Shown here: positions 1 to 9,551 of the stretch, piece after piece
How the letters are laid out: every line of letters starts with the position of its first letter
Numbering within the stretch: position 1 is the first letter of the stretch
DNA from: a bacterium
GTDB taxonomy: Bacteria > SAR324 > NAC60-12
DNA length: 64,000 bases
Assembly (NCBI GenBank): GCA_965209155.1
Contig: OZ242383.1
Span: 1,408,001 to 1,472,000, forward strand
Direction: 5' to 3'
Position numbers and translations under genes: made by a program
Notes under the pieces: generated by a model
Seen by the model: only the letters and a program-made list of their open reading frames with translations
Told to the model about the DNA's origin: nothing
The model's database searches: none

Positions 1-6
1 ATCAGA

Positions 7-190
7 GTGCTAAGCGCTCTTGCTTCCACTGCTCTCGTTCTTTTTCATAGAGTTGACAAGCTTCTTGAAGAGCCTCGAGGTGGGGAATCGATGAAAGGGG
101 ATCAATATTTTTTGAACTTTCGAGAGTATAAAATCCTTTCTAGACTTAATGCCACGCAAAATCTGTGCTTAAATCGATGGATTCTCTGAA
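7..190 (-). mobile_element. IS66-family transposase 5' fragment (relic)
   Basis: Aligns by eye with 14761-14945 (e.g. cttcttgaagagcctcgaggtggggaatcgatgaaagg); 1-bp deletion and truncation. Confidence 0.8.
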
Positions 191-451
191 GATAAGAGGT
201 TTGGTGAAAGATGTTTCGTTTTTACTCTCTTCTTAAACATCGGTTCCTGGAAGATGAAGGGTTTCGGTGAGATGTCAGCCCTCTAGTTTTTCAGGAGTTC
301 TGAAAATAGCCGGAAAATTATTTTCCTACCCCTTTTTCATGCCTTTGATATTATAACAGTTTCTTCAAAAAACTTTTTCAGTCGTAATCGTTGCCCTATT
401 TCTGTATAATTATTTTTAACAGTTGAGAGGAACCCCAATATTAAGAATCAA

Positions 452-727
452 ATGATCATCAACTGGAACAATACGCATTTTGTCTATCAGGTAAACCAAA
501 GAGAAATTGATTTAGAAAAAGTTGAAAATACTCTTAGATTCTCAACAGAGAAATATTTTGATAACAACACAGGCAGATATGTGAAAATAGGGGGTAACAA
601 AAGAGAAGGTTTACTTCTTGTTTCCTATGAAATTGAACTGGATGAGTCTGTGACACCAATCACCGTACATCAAACGGATAGAGAACAAATCAATCATAGA
701 TTAAACGAGGGGCGATATGAATTCTAA
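452..727 (+). CDS. Putative type II TA toxin (DUF4258/BrnT-like)
   Basis: 91 aa ending ITVH..R; overlaps a DUF2283-like gene. Confidence 0.55.
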   Translation: MIINWNNTHFVYQVNQREIDLEKVENTLRFSTEKYFDNNTGRYVKIGGNKREGLLLVSYEIELDESVTPITVHQTDREQINHRLNEGRYEF

Positions 728-932
728 ACCGCAATTTAATTACTTCCCTGACGAAGATATCATGCACATTTTGATCAAAAAAGGGGCTGAAGATAAAGCG
801 GTAGAAATCACTCCAGATATTACCGCAGAATATAATAAGGAGGGAGAGTTAATCGGTGTTGAGATTGTCAATGCCAGCAAAGCCATCTTTAATATGCTAG
901 TTGATGATTTAAAGTTAAAGGAAGCAATTTAA
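717..932 (+). CDS. DUF2283-like putative antitoxin
   Basis: YFPDEDIMHI...EYNKEGELIGVEIVNASK pattern. Confidence 0.7.
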   Translation: MNSKPQFNYFPDEDIMHILIKKGAEDKAVEITPDITAEYNKEGELIGVEIVNASKAIFNMLVDDLKLKEAI

Positions 933-966
933 TTCATTTAAATAGATATTCATGACTAAATTCAAG

Positions 967-1000
967 GCGATAGCGTCCGTATTTCTACCGATGCCATCGC
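967..1000. terminator. Hairpin between convergent TA loci
   Basis: gcgatagcgtc...gatgccatcgc inverted repeat. Confidence 0.35.
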
Positions 1001-1031
1001 ACAAATATTCCGAGCAAGACTATTGACTGTA

Positions 1032-1184
1032 TTACTTTGCTAATGGCTCTTTAATTTCGGTATGTCGAGGGACTGCTTCCATCGCCCCGTCTTTTGGATT
1101 AATCCAAAGGGAATGTGAACCTCCTTCCCGTTTAAGGTAGCAACCTGCAATTCTCAGCCTTTGTTCTAGGTCTCATCTTTTCAT
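1032..1184 (-). pseudogene. hicA: HicA toxin pseudogene
   Basis: MKR*DLEQRLRIAGCYLKREGGSHSLWINP..AVPRHTEIKEPLAK*; TGA at codon 4; ATGA overlap with the hicB stop. Confidence 0.85.
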
Positions 1185-1399
1185 CCAATCAACACTTTCT
1201 CTTGGATAGCATCTTCTGGCAGCCCTCGGAGAATATCGTCTTTGCGATCTTTTAAGATCAATTCAATTGCCTGCTGTAGATTAGTCTTGGTTTCTTCTAT
1301 AGTTTCACCCTGTCCATTGGCTCCTGACACTTCAAGACAGATAGCCCAGAATCCGCCTTCGGGTGCAGTTTCTATAATTGCTGTAAATTCTGCTTTCAT
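1181..1399 (-). CDS. hicB: HicB-family antitoxin
   Basis: FTAIIE..EGGFWAIC.EVSGANGQGETIEE..NL..AIELIL. Confidence 0.85.
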   Translation of the reverse strand: MKAEFTAIIETAPEGGFWAICLEVSGANGQGETIEETKTNLQQAIELILKDRKDDILRGLPEDAIQEKVLIG

Positions 1400-1594
1400 T
1401 ATAATCTTTATTTGTACGTTAATGATCAAACGTTGTGTTCAATAGTAGCGTCAGCCTTTAGAAATCAAAATTTTCATAAGAACTGATTTCCTGGATATAC
1501 TAATGAATGTTCCCCCTACTGTCAATTTTTTGAGACGAGCTAAAGACACGTTTCGTGTTGTCAAAGATAGATTACATATAATGGTACCTCTTAG

Positions 1595-2590
1595 TTACCC
1601 TTCGAGATAATCGTCAATGTAGTCGCGAACGATCTCCTCGAGGTTTGCCCCTTTCTGGAGTCCAAGTTCTGTGGCTCGGGCGGTTTCACAGTCTTGAGGT
1701 CCCACCTGGTAAGCCTTCGTAAGAACTGGATCTGGCTTGACCGTGATCTTTCCCAAACGACGATTCCCCCTGGCCGCTTGCAAAGCATCGATCATCTCCT
1801 GAAAGGTCACGGTATGGCAGGGGAACCCCACAGCACGATCCTCGCTCAATCGGCCCCCATCGACTTCATGGAGCCGAATCAAATTTTGCACGATGGCCCG
1901 ATAACCGAGGACTTGCGTCACTGTATCCAGCGGCATCGGCAACTCAAAATCCTCCCCATTCAATGGCTCGCGAAAAACGCCGTTGATAAAACCTGATGAT
2001 TGAAGTTTCATTTTTTCGGGTCGGATGATGACACTGGGCAACCGGGCACTCCGTCCGTCTAAAAAGCCCTTGCGGGTGTAATCGTTGATCAGAAGCTCCA
2101 GGACCGCCTTGGTGATGCCATAGGTCGATTGAGGCGTCTGTTTCACAAGATCGCCGACACAACGGGGCATACCAGTCCCCCCGAACACAGCAATCGAACT
2201 CAAAAATACCAGGCGTTGCAGACCCTCTCGTGCCCGAAGCCCTTCGAGGAGATGGCGGCTGCCATCGAGGTTCACCCGCATGGCGAGATCAAAATCCATT
2301 TCTGCCGCCAGGGTACTGGGGACTGCTGCCAGGTGAAAGACCGACAGGTCATCCCGGTCGAGCAAACCCTGAACGGTTTCCTGGTCCGAGATATCCCCAA
2401 CCACGCGACGGACGACGAAGCCTCCTGCTTTTTCCTCAGAAAGTCCGGGTCCCTCAACCGAGTCAAAGAGCACCAACTCATCGATGGCCTCTTCTTCGCC
2501 GGTCACTCCTGTCAAAACACCTCTGTCTAACAAGGCGCGTGCCAACCGAGTACCGATAAATCCAGCTCCTCCCGTTAACAAAACTTTCAT
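1595..2590 (-). CDS. NAD-dependent epimerase/dehydrogenase (D-erythronate dehydrogenase-like)
   Basis: TGGAGFIG, YGITK, KGFLDGRSARLP. Confidence 0.8.
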   Translation of the reverse strand: MKVLLTGGAGFIGTRLARALLDRGVLTGVTGEEEAIDELVLFDSVEGPGLSEEKAGGFVVRRVVGDISDQETVQGLLDRDDLSVFHLAAVPSTLAAEMDFDLAMRVNLDGSRHLLEGLRAREGLQRLVFLSSIAVFGGTGMPRCVGDLVKQTPQSTYGITKAVLELLINDYTRKGFLDGRSARLPSVIIRPEKMKLQSSGFINGVFREPLNGEDFELPMPLDTVTQVLGYRAIVQNLIRLHEVDGGRLSEDRAVGFPCHTVTFQEMIDALQAARGNRRLGKITVKPDPVLTKAYQVGPQDCETARATELGLQKGANLEEIVRDYIDDYLEG

Positions 2591-2645
2591 GTCTTGCTTT
2601 CCTCTAAATTAAAGAATCCACCTTCTTAGAAGGTGGTTTTGATGG

Positions 2646-2824
2646 GCCCCTGGAAGGGGCCTCTCGTGATCGTACTCGTGAGCCGTGCTCGTGCTCGTGA
2701 ACGAAACGGCACCCCAGAAAATCGTGGATTCCCTGCCGTCTCTTCTATGCGGAACCCCATCTCAAGGGAATCGGGAACGCTTCCATCGAGCACGTGCACG
2801 TGCACGATTACGAACACGTACACG
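2646..2824. repeat. Palindromic intergenic element with (CGTGCT)n/(AGCACG)n arms, copy 1
   Basis: Closely similar to 8166-8336. Confidence 0.85.
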
Positions 2825-2910
2825 TTTCTGGCAGAGCCGTTTATCTCTGACCACGCCCAAAGGACGTGGTTTAATTAGATAAAATTAAATCGCCTCGTGG
2901 GAACACCTTT

Positions 2911-3891
2911 TTAGCCTCCCAAAGCATTCTGCTCCCTGATGATCCGGTCAAACAAAGCCTCCTGCTTGGTGTCGATTGCTTGATCAACACGGCCCGAGTC
3001 CCGGTAAAGGGTGGCTCTGCGCAGCATAAACTCATCCAGTGTGATTTTACAGGTAAAATCACCGACCACTTTTTTTATTTTTGAGTTATCAAATATGGCT
3101 GTATGGGTCTTGTCTCCATGGAGCGCCCACTGCCAGTCAGGACAGTATTTGATGAGCGTGTCCGACGGGACATGGACCAGGCGGGTTTCTTTTCCCAAGG
3201 CCCTGCCGAGGGCAGTATAGATCTCATTCCAACTGTAATAGTTGTCACTGGTCAAATGGAAGCAATCTCCCAGGGCCTGCCGGTTGCCGATGAGCCGGGT
3301 AAACGGCACGGCAAACTCCTCTGCGGCAGTGATGGTCCACAGGCTGGTGCCGTCCCCTGGTACAATGACCGGTTTGTCCCGGAGTATGCGGCTTGCGGCA
3401 AAGTCACCTTCCACCATGGCCGTGGTAAACATGGTCCGACTGGTGTGACTGGGACGGACAATGGTATAGCCCAGGCTACGTTGACTTTGAAGTAATTTTT
3501 CACAATCAATTTTCTGACTGCTGTACGGTGAAAAAGGATTGTGGAGGGGAGTCTTTTCGGTAATGGGAAAATGCTGGACCGGTCTGTGATAAGCAGAGGC
3601 CGTGGAAATAAAGATATATTGTAATTTTTTCCCCTGGAGCATTTCCAGATCTCTTTTCATCTCTCCAGGCGTAAACACGCGGAACTGGCAGATCACATCG
3701 AAGGCATGTTCCAGGATCCGGGCATATTGTCGGTCATCATTAAAATCACCGGTGATAAAATCAACCGATGCCGGAAGGCCGGCATTGTGTTTGCCACGGT
3801 TAAAAACGGTCACTTCATGACCGGCTTTCACGGTCTGGTGAATGCAGTCAAAAGATATCTGGCCGGTGCCGCCGATGTATAAAACTTTCAT
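2911..3891 (-). CDS. NAD-dependent epimerase/dehydratase family protein
   Basis: IGGTGQIS, YSSQK, VRPSHT. Confidence 0.85.
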   Translation of the reverse strand: MKVLYIGGTGQISFDCIHQTVKAGHEVTVFNRGKHNAGLPASVDFITGDFNDDRQYARILEHAFDVICQFRVFTPGEMKRDLEMLQGKKLQYIFISTASAYHRPVQHFPITEKTPLHNPFSPYSSQKIDCEKLLQSQRSLGYTIVRPSHTSRTMFTTAMVEGDFAASRILRDKPVIVPGDGTSLWTITAAEEFAVPFTRLIGNRQALGDCFHLTSDNYYSWNEIYTALGRALGKETRLVHVPSDTLIKYCPDWQWALHGDKTHTAIFDNSKIKKVVGDFTCKITLDEFMLRRATLYRDSGRVDQAIDTKQEALFDRIIREQNALGG

Positions 3892-3916
3892 AGGATGCTC
3901 CCTGATAAAATGATCG

Positions 3917-4822
3917 CTATGGACGCACTCTGACTCCGCTCAGCTGTTCGAAGATTTCCATAAGGACCCAGTATTCTTTGTCTGCCCATCCATGGGCGAA
4001 GCCGGCGAGAAACGTCTGTAGAGCCGACGAGCCAAGCGATAAGGGCACAGACAGGTTCTGGGCCATCTCAGCGGCCAGTTTGACATCTTTACCGATGGTA
4101 TGCAACCCCGAGGCGGCGGTCTGCCCGGGCGGCGGTTCGGGACTGCGTGTGGCGATGAGATCGACCATCCCTTCAAATATCTTACTGCTGCCGCTGCTCG
4201 CGCTGATCACCTCTTTCAATGTCTGCACGCTCAGGCCGCCCTTGACTCCCAGCACCAGGGCTTCCATGGTGGCGACCATATTGATTCCGAGAAGCAGGTT
4301 ATTGACCAGCTTGACCGTCACGCCCGCACCGCTATCGCCGGCGTGAAAGATTTTGTCTCCGAACGCCTTGAACACCGGCATTGCCCGGGCCAGGGCCTTT
4401 GCGTCGCCGCCAACCATGACCGATAGTGTCCCCTGCTCTCGACTGTCAATGCTGGTGCCGCTCACCGGGGCGTCCAGCACGGTTACGCCTTTTTCCGCCG
4501 CCCGCCCGGCAATGGTATGAACCACCTCCGGACTAATGGTGCTCAGCTCGATGTAAATGTCGCCATTCTTTGCACCGGCCAAGACGCCATCGGGCTCCAG
4601 GGCCACTTGCTCACTGGCTTCATTAGACGACAGACAAGCCAACACGATGTCCGCGGTTTCGGCGACCTCGCGGTGGCTGCGTGCAACCCGGGCGCCATGC
4701 TGGCGGAGTTCCTGAAGCGATTGCTCACGCCGGGATTTGACGGTGAGTTCGAAGCCTGCTTTTGCGATATTGATGGCGATCGGCTTGCCCATCGCGCCGA
4801 GTCCTATGAATCCTACTTTCAT
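3917..4822 (-). CDS. beta-hydroxyacid dehydrogenase (3-hydroxyisobutyrate/2-hydroxy-3-oxopropionate reductase family)
   Basis: GFIGLGAMG, DAPVSG, KLVNN. Confidence 0.9.
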   Translation of the reverse strand: MKVGFIGLGAMGKPIAINIAKAGFELTVKSRREQSLQELRQHGARVARSHREVAETADIVLACLSSNEASEQVALEPDGVLAGAKNGDIYIELSTISPEVVHTIAGRAAEKGVTVLDAPVSGTSIDSREQGTLSVMVGGDAKALARAMPVFKAFGDKIFHAGDSGAGVTVKLVNNLLLGINMVATMEALVLGVKGGLSVQTLKEVISASSGSSKIFEGMVDLIATRSPEPPPGQTAASGLHTIGKDVKLAAEMAQNLSVPLSLGSSALQTFLAGFAHGWADKEYWVLMEIFEQLSGVRVRP

Positions 4823-4877
4823 TGGCTGTCTCCTGATTATGAAGCTCCGCTCATGGCTTCAGTTCCCCGATGATCGG

Positions 4878-5726
4878 TTATGCGATCGTTATTTGGATTT
4901 CGCCAAACTCTCCATCTTCTCCGTATCGCATAGTTGCCTCCGCTCCGGGCTCTGCAAGAATCTGCGCTGCAGAACCGGTTGTAATGCTCTGGCCTTTTCG
5001 CATGCCAAATCCACGCTGAGATAAGGTATTGGCTGCCCAGTGCAAACCGGCCACCATTTCTGAAAAATCCAATCGTCGATCACGCGGAAACGGTTCCGAA
5101 GGTGCGCTCAGCCCCCTGCGGGATGCAAATTTACCATCAAGGTATATAGCAAGAGGGAGGTTCGCGAGATCGAGATCACGCCAACCGGGGATTTCATCGC
5201 CGATAACGAATGCGCCCGCGTTGGCAAGATCAGCGCAGCCTTTGAAAATGTCTAAACAGCCGGGTTCAGGCCAGTCCGATGAATCCCAATACCATCGTGT
5301 ATCCAGCACATCGATCGCCATGACAACCGCTTCGACGGCATCGTGAATTTCTTCTATGTCGTATGATTCTTCTTTGGTGGGTAGGTCTTGACCCAGGCGA
5401 AGGGCAAACTCCGCCTCTACAGGAATAGGGTGATTGCGAAAATCCGACATGCGAAAATGGCCGGGGCTTTTCTGTGTAACACTTTTATAGTAGCGCCCAA
5501 AGAAGGCTGGATGATCAAGACCTTGGGCGCGCTGGCTAAGCTTGTCGGTCATTGCAATTTTCCAGCCAGCAATCTCTTCGTTTATTTTGGCATCGAACGC
5601 ATCCTGTATCGCGAGGGATTCTTCGAGATCCGTCGGCCAAAGGTCTTCTGAAATATTCACGCTGCCGCCGTCTCGCCATGCTGCGGCTAGCGCATCGGAT
5701 ACTTTTTCAATCTTATCTTGTTGCAT
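4878..5726 (-). CDS. 2-keto-4-pentenoate hydratase/FAH-superfamily protein
   Basis: GWKIAMT, VEAEFA, GQSITTGS. Confidence 0.8.
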   Translation of the reverse strand: MQQDKIEKVSDALAAAWRDGGSVNISEDLWPTDLEESLAIQDAFDAKINEEIAGWKIAMTDKLSQRAQGLDHPAFFGRYYKSVTQKSPGHFRMSDFRNHPIPVEAEFALRLGQDLPTKEESYDIEEIHDAVEAVVMAIDVLDTRWYWDSSDWPEPGCLDIFKGCADLANAGAFVIGDEIPGWRDLDLANLPLAIYLDGKFASRRGLSAPSEPFPRDRRLDFSEMVAGLHWAANTLSQRGFGMRKGQSITTGSAAQILAEPGAEATMRYGEDGEFGEIQITIA

Positions 5727-5796
5727 TGAATGTCCTCATCTTCTAGGTTATGCATTGATAGAGGCGTCAGGCAGTGGCTCTGTCATTCCTCACCTC

Positions 5797-6543
5797 TCAA
5801 TAACTCCCTGGCGCCACATGTGCGGTGACCAGGTTGTTACCGCCATCAACATCGAGAATCGACCCGTTGATAAACGATGCCTCGTCGGAGGCGAAATAGA
5901 CGATCGCGTTGGCTTGCTCCTCCGGCTCAGCCCACCGCCCTATCGGCAGGCCAGCCGACATAGCGGCTTCCGCCGCTGCCGGGTCGCCAGTTTTTGCTAT
6001 TGCGTCGCGAGAAAAGGTCGTCATCGTGGGACCCGGACAGACCGCATTCACCCGAACGCCTTGGCGGGCGTATTGCAGCGCCATTTGCCTGGTAAGCCCG
6101 ATCACACCGGCTTTGTTGGTGCAATAGGCGGCGCGGTTCGGCAGAGGGTTCAGCCCGGCCACGGAGGCGACATTGACGATGGCGCCGGATGCCTGCTTCA
6201 GCATGTGGGGAAGAGCGAACTTGCACCCGAGGAAGACAGCGGTCAGGTTTACCGCCATCATTCGATCCCATTCTTCGATGGTGGTGTTAATGACGTCCTT
6301 CTCGACTCGAATACCGGCATTGTTGACTAAAACATCAATCCGACCGGTTTCACTCGCTGCTCGTTCGACCAGCCCACTTACCGCATCGGGATCGGTCACG
6401 TCGCAGATGACTTCAATGAAGTCGGGTGGTGTTTCATCAAAAGCCAGGTCCGTTCCATAGACTCGGTCTCCGAGTTCCAAGAATTTCCGGGCGGTCGCTT
6501 CGCCGATGCCGCCTCGCGCGCCGGTAACGATTACTGTTCTCAT
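5797..6543 (-). CDS. Short-chain dehydrogenase/reductase
   Basis: TGARGGIG, NNAG, YCTNK; start MRTVIV at 6543. Confidence 0.9.
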   Translation of the reverse strand: MRTVIVTGARGGIGEATARKFLELGDRVYGTDLAFDETPPDFIEVICDVTDPDAVSGLVERAASETGRIDVLVNNAGIRVEKDVINTTIEEWDRMMAVNLTAVFLGCKFALPHMLKQASGAIVNVASVAGLNPLPNRAAYCTNKAGVIGLTRQMALQYARQGVRVNAVCPGPTMTTFSRDAIAKTGDPAAAEAAMSAGLPIGRWAEPEEQANAIVYFASDEASFINGSILDVDGGNNLVTAHVAPGSY

Positions 6544-6544
6544 C

Positions 6545-8104
6545 TTACATCTCCTTCCAATTCGTTCCTTCCTGAAACCCATGGGCAGCACGGTAAATGG
6601 TGGATTCGTCAAAATGCTTTCCAATCAGCATTAAACTTAGCGGGAGGCCCTCTGACATACCACAAGGAATGGCCATTGCCGGGTGGTGAGTGAGATTAAA
6701 AGGGAGTGTATTTGCGTGCATTTCGGAAGCTTTTTGTATATATTCCTCTCGACTGGCATCAGGAGCTGGATGCGGTTGAGCCTTGATCGTAGTCGGCATC
6801 GCCAGCAAATCATAATCATTAAGCACCTTGTCATACGCAGCTCTCAGCAGTCTACTCAGATTGATTGCCTTTCCATAATAACGACAACCGTAATATTTTC
6901 TAATGTAGGTGCCAAACATAATCATCAACTTCATGGTTTCTGGCAATTCATTTGCCCGGTTTTGCCAATTCCTGAAAAAATCCATAAGGCTGGTTACATA
7001 GAGATCAGTCCTGCCCACTCCATAGCCATCGCCCCACATCGTTTGTGTTACTCCTTCAACAATGATTGGCTCTGTGAGTGCCGGACCAACAAGATGCATA
7101 GGAATTGAGACTTCGTCTACCTTTGCTCCCAAAGACTTCAGGGCGGCAACGGCTGCCTTGAATTTTTCATTAACATCTTTCTCTTCATCATGATGCCGCC
7201 GTAGAGTCCCCAAATCACCAGCACGAAGATCGCCTTCCTGCATGTACCATTCTTTGACCACGGCAATCTTCATGCCTTTTAAACCGTCTTTCCCCTTAAG
7301 AGCCTCCGTATAGCGCTGTGTTTTCACATTAGATTGCCTGGGATCATATCCATCCACACCAGCAATCACTTCCAGCATTAACGCGTTGTCCTCGACATTA
7401 TTTGTCATAGGACCCGTATAATCTACATTCGGTTCACCCGTAAATATGCCTGTATAAGGGACAAGCCCATAGGTAGGCTTCATTCCATATATTCCACAGC
7501 AAGCCGCAGGTATTCTAATGGATCCCCCTTGATCACAACCAATCGCGAGATCGACCTCTCCTGCAGCAACAAGGACAGCACTGCCGGAAGATGATCCGCC
7601 TGCCGAATATCCCATTTTATGGGGGTTATGTATCGGTCCTTTTGCATTGGTATGACTGCCACCAGCAGAGGAAAAATTTTCACAGTGAGCTTTTCCGACA
7701 ATCGTAGCCCCTGCATCCAGAAGCCGTGTGACAACCGTCGCATCTATGTCAGGAACATACCCCTCCAAAATGGAAGATCCATTCATCATGGGAACACCAG
7801 CCAGCATGACGTTATCCTTCAAGACAACGGTTTTTCCTTGAAGTTTCCCTTGAGCAGCCCCTTTAACTTCTGTCTTCACATACCAGGCATTATACTGATT
7901 TTCTTCACCCCCGGGTTGATAGCCGGGTGTTCGTGGATACTTAACAAGCGGAAGATGATCAGGCATCGCATCAACCACATTGTAAGCATCGACATTCCCC
8001 TGAAGCAGACCCCTATAAGATTCAACATCCGCATCCGTTAAATCCAGACCTATTTCATCGGCGGCTTCTCGTATTTGTTGCGGTGTTGGTAATTGTACAG
8101 CCAT
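6545..8104 (-). CDS. Amidase (amidase-signature family), copy 1
   Basis: LKDN, GGSSSGS, DQGGSIRIP catalytic motifs. Confidence 0.95.
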   Translation of the reverse strand: MAVQLPTPQQIREAADEIGLDLTDADVESYRGLLQGNVDAYNVVDAMPDHLPLVKYPRTPGYQPGGEENQYNAWYVKTEVKGAAQGKLQGKTVVLKDNVMLAGVPMMNGSSILEGYVPDIDATVVTRLLDAGATIVGKAHCENFSSAGGSHTNAKGPIHNPHKMGYSAGGSSSGSAVLVAAGEVDLAIGCDQGGSIRIPAACCGIYGMKPTYGLVPYTGIFTGEPNVDYTGPMTNNVEDNALMLEVIAGVDGYDPRQSNVKTQRYTEALKGKDGLKGMKIAVVKEWYMQEGDLRAGDLGTLRRHHDEEKDVNEKFKAAVAALKSLGAKVDEVSIPMHLVGPALTEPIIVEGVTQTMWGDGYGVGRTDLYVTSLMDFFRNWQNRANELPETMKLMIMFGTYIRKYYGCRYYGKAINLSRLLRAAYDKVLNDYDLLAMPTTIKAQPHPAPDASREEYIQKASEMHANTLPFNLTHHPAMAIPCGMSEGLPLSLMLIGKHFDESTIYRAAHGFQEGTNWKEM

Positions 8105-8160
8105 TTATTTCCTTTCCTCAAAAAATTTACATTATTTCTTTCCGCTCCTCTTAGATCCTA

Positions 8161-8355
8161 AATTAGCCCCTGGAAGGGGCTCCTCGTGATCGTACTCGTG
8201 AGACGTGCTCGTGCTCGTGAACGAAACGACATCCCATAGAACCCTGGATTCCATACCTTCTCTTCTCTTCGGACTTCCCCATCTCAAAGGGATCGGGAAT
8301 GTTGCAATCGAGCACGAGCACGAGCACGAGCACGGGTCTGTCCCCCTTAGTCCTC
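8161..8355. mobile_element. Palindromic (CGTGCT)n element, copy 2, flanked by an 11-bp duplication
   Basis: cttagatccta at 8150-8160 and 8356-8366; single-copy empty site in the paralog near 42655-42665. Confidence 0.8.
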
Positions 8356-8363
8356 CTTAGATC

Positions 8364-9455
8364 CTAGCGGTAATTGAGGGAAACGCCCTCGTGGAAGATG
8401 TGAATCTTGGGGGGCTCGGCGGTCAGTTTGACCGAGTTGCCGCGCAACCCCGTATGGATGCCCGGCAGCTTTGCGAGCACGGTATCCTTGTCCTGCATCC
8501 GGTCAAAGTGGAGCAGGGTCACCTCGCCCAATTCCTCGGTGATGCTCACCTTGCCCTCGAAAATATAATCGCCGTCGGTTTCTACCAAATCCTCCGGCCG
8601 AACCCCAACGTTGACCTTCAGGCCTTCCTCCGAGCTTCGCGTCGGGGCAGCCGAGACGGCAACCCCGCCGGTGTCGAGTTTGATGGTGGTCTGCTCTCCG
8701 GTGCCGACAACTTCGCCGGGAATCAGGTTCATGGCGGGCGAGCCGATGAACTGGGCGACAAACTCGTTTTGGGGCCGGGTATACAGTTCCAACGGTCTGC
8801 CGACCTGACCAATGCGCCCACCGGGGGTGAGCAACACGATGCGGTTCGCCAGGGTCATGGCCTCCACCTGGTCGTGGGTCACGTAGATCATGGTGCTCTC
8901 GGGCATCGACTCCTTGAGCTGGGCAATCTCAATCCGGGTGGCCACCCGCAAGGCGGCATCCAGATTGGAGAGCGGCTCGTCGAACAGGTAAACCTTGGGA
9001 TCACGCACGATCGCCCGGCCGATGGCCACCCGCTGACGCTGGCCGCCGGAGAGCGCCTTGGGCAGTCGTTCGAGATAGGGTTCCATCTGGAGCATCCGCG
9101 CGGCCTGCGTGACGGTGGTGTTGATCACCTGACGCGACTTCCTGGCAAGCTCGAGGGCAAAACTCATGTTCTTGCGCACGTTCATGTGCGGATACAACCC
9201 ATAGGACTGGAACACCATCGCGATACCACGCTGGGCCGGTGGCACATCGTTGACGACCTGCCCTTCGATCTCCAGCGTGCCCGACGTGATGGTCTCGAGC
9301 CCGGCGATCATGCGCAAAAGAGTCATCTTGCCACAGCCCGACGGTCCGAGTAAGACGATCAGTTCACCCTGCTCGATATCAAGATTGATATCCTCGAGGG
9401 CCTTGACGGCTCCTCCATAGATTTTTTCAACGTTGGTCAACTTCATTTCGGACAT
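8364..9455 (-). CDS. Sugar ABC transporter ATPase (AglK/MalK-like), copy 1; Walker A reads GKMT
   Basis: [28 protein letters not shown]-like C-terminus. Confidence 0.95.
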   Translation of the reverse strand: MSEMKLTNVEKIYGGAVKALEDINLDIEQGELIVLLGPSGCGKMTLLRMIAGLETITSGTLEIEGQVVNDVPPAQRGIAMVFQSYGLYPHMNVRKNMSFALELARKSRQVINTTVTQAARMLQMEPYLERLPKALSGGQRQRVAIGRAIVRDPKVYLFDEPLSNLDAALRVATRIEIAQLKESMPESTMIYVTHDQVEAMTLANRIVLLTPGGRIGQVGRPLELYTRPQNEFVAQFIGSPAMNLIPGEVVGTGEQTTIKLDTGGVAVSAAPTRSSEEGLKVNVGVRPEDLVETDGDYIFEGKVSITEELGEVTLLHFDRMQDKDTVLAKLPGIHTGLRGNSVKLTAEPPKIHIFHEGVSLNYR

Positions 9456-9551
9456 CGGTCCCTCCTTATTTGTTTACCGTCCGGCGCATCTTCCGGACCC
9501 GGTTCATGGATGCCACGTGTCGCGACGCCCTACTCTCAATTCTTCAACCGG

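Noticed and set aside
1521..1536. gtcaattttttgagac as another enhancer site
   Set aside because: Single copy with no sigma54 promoter seen nearby
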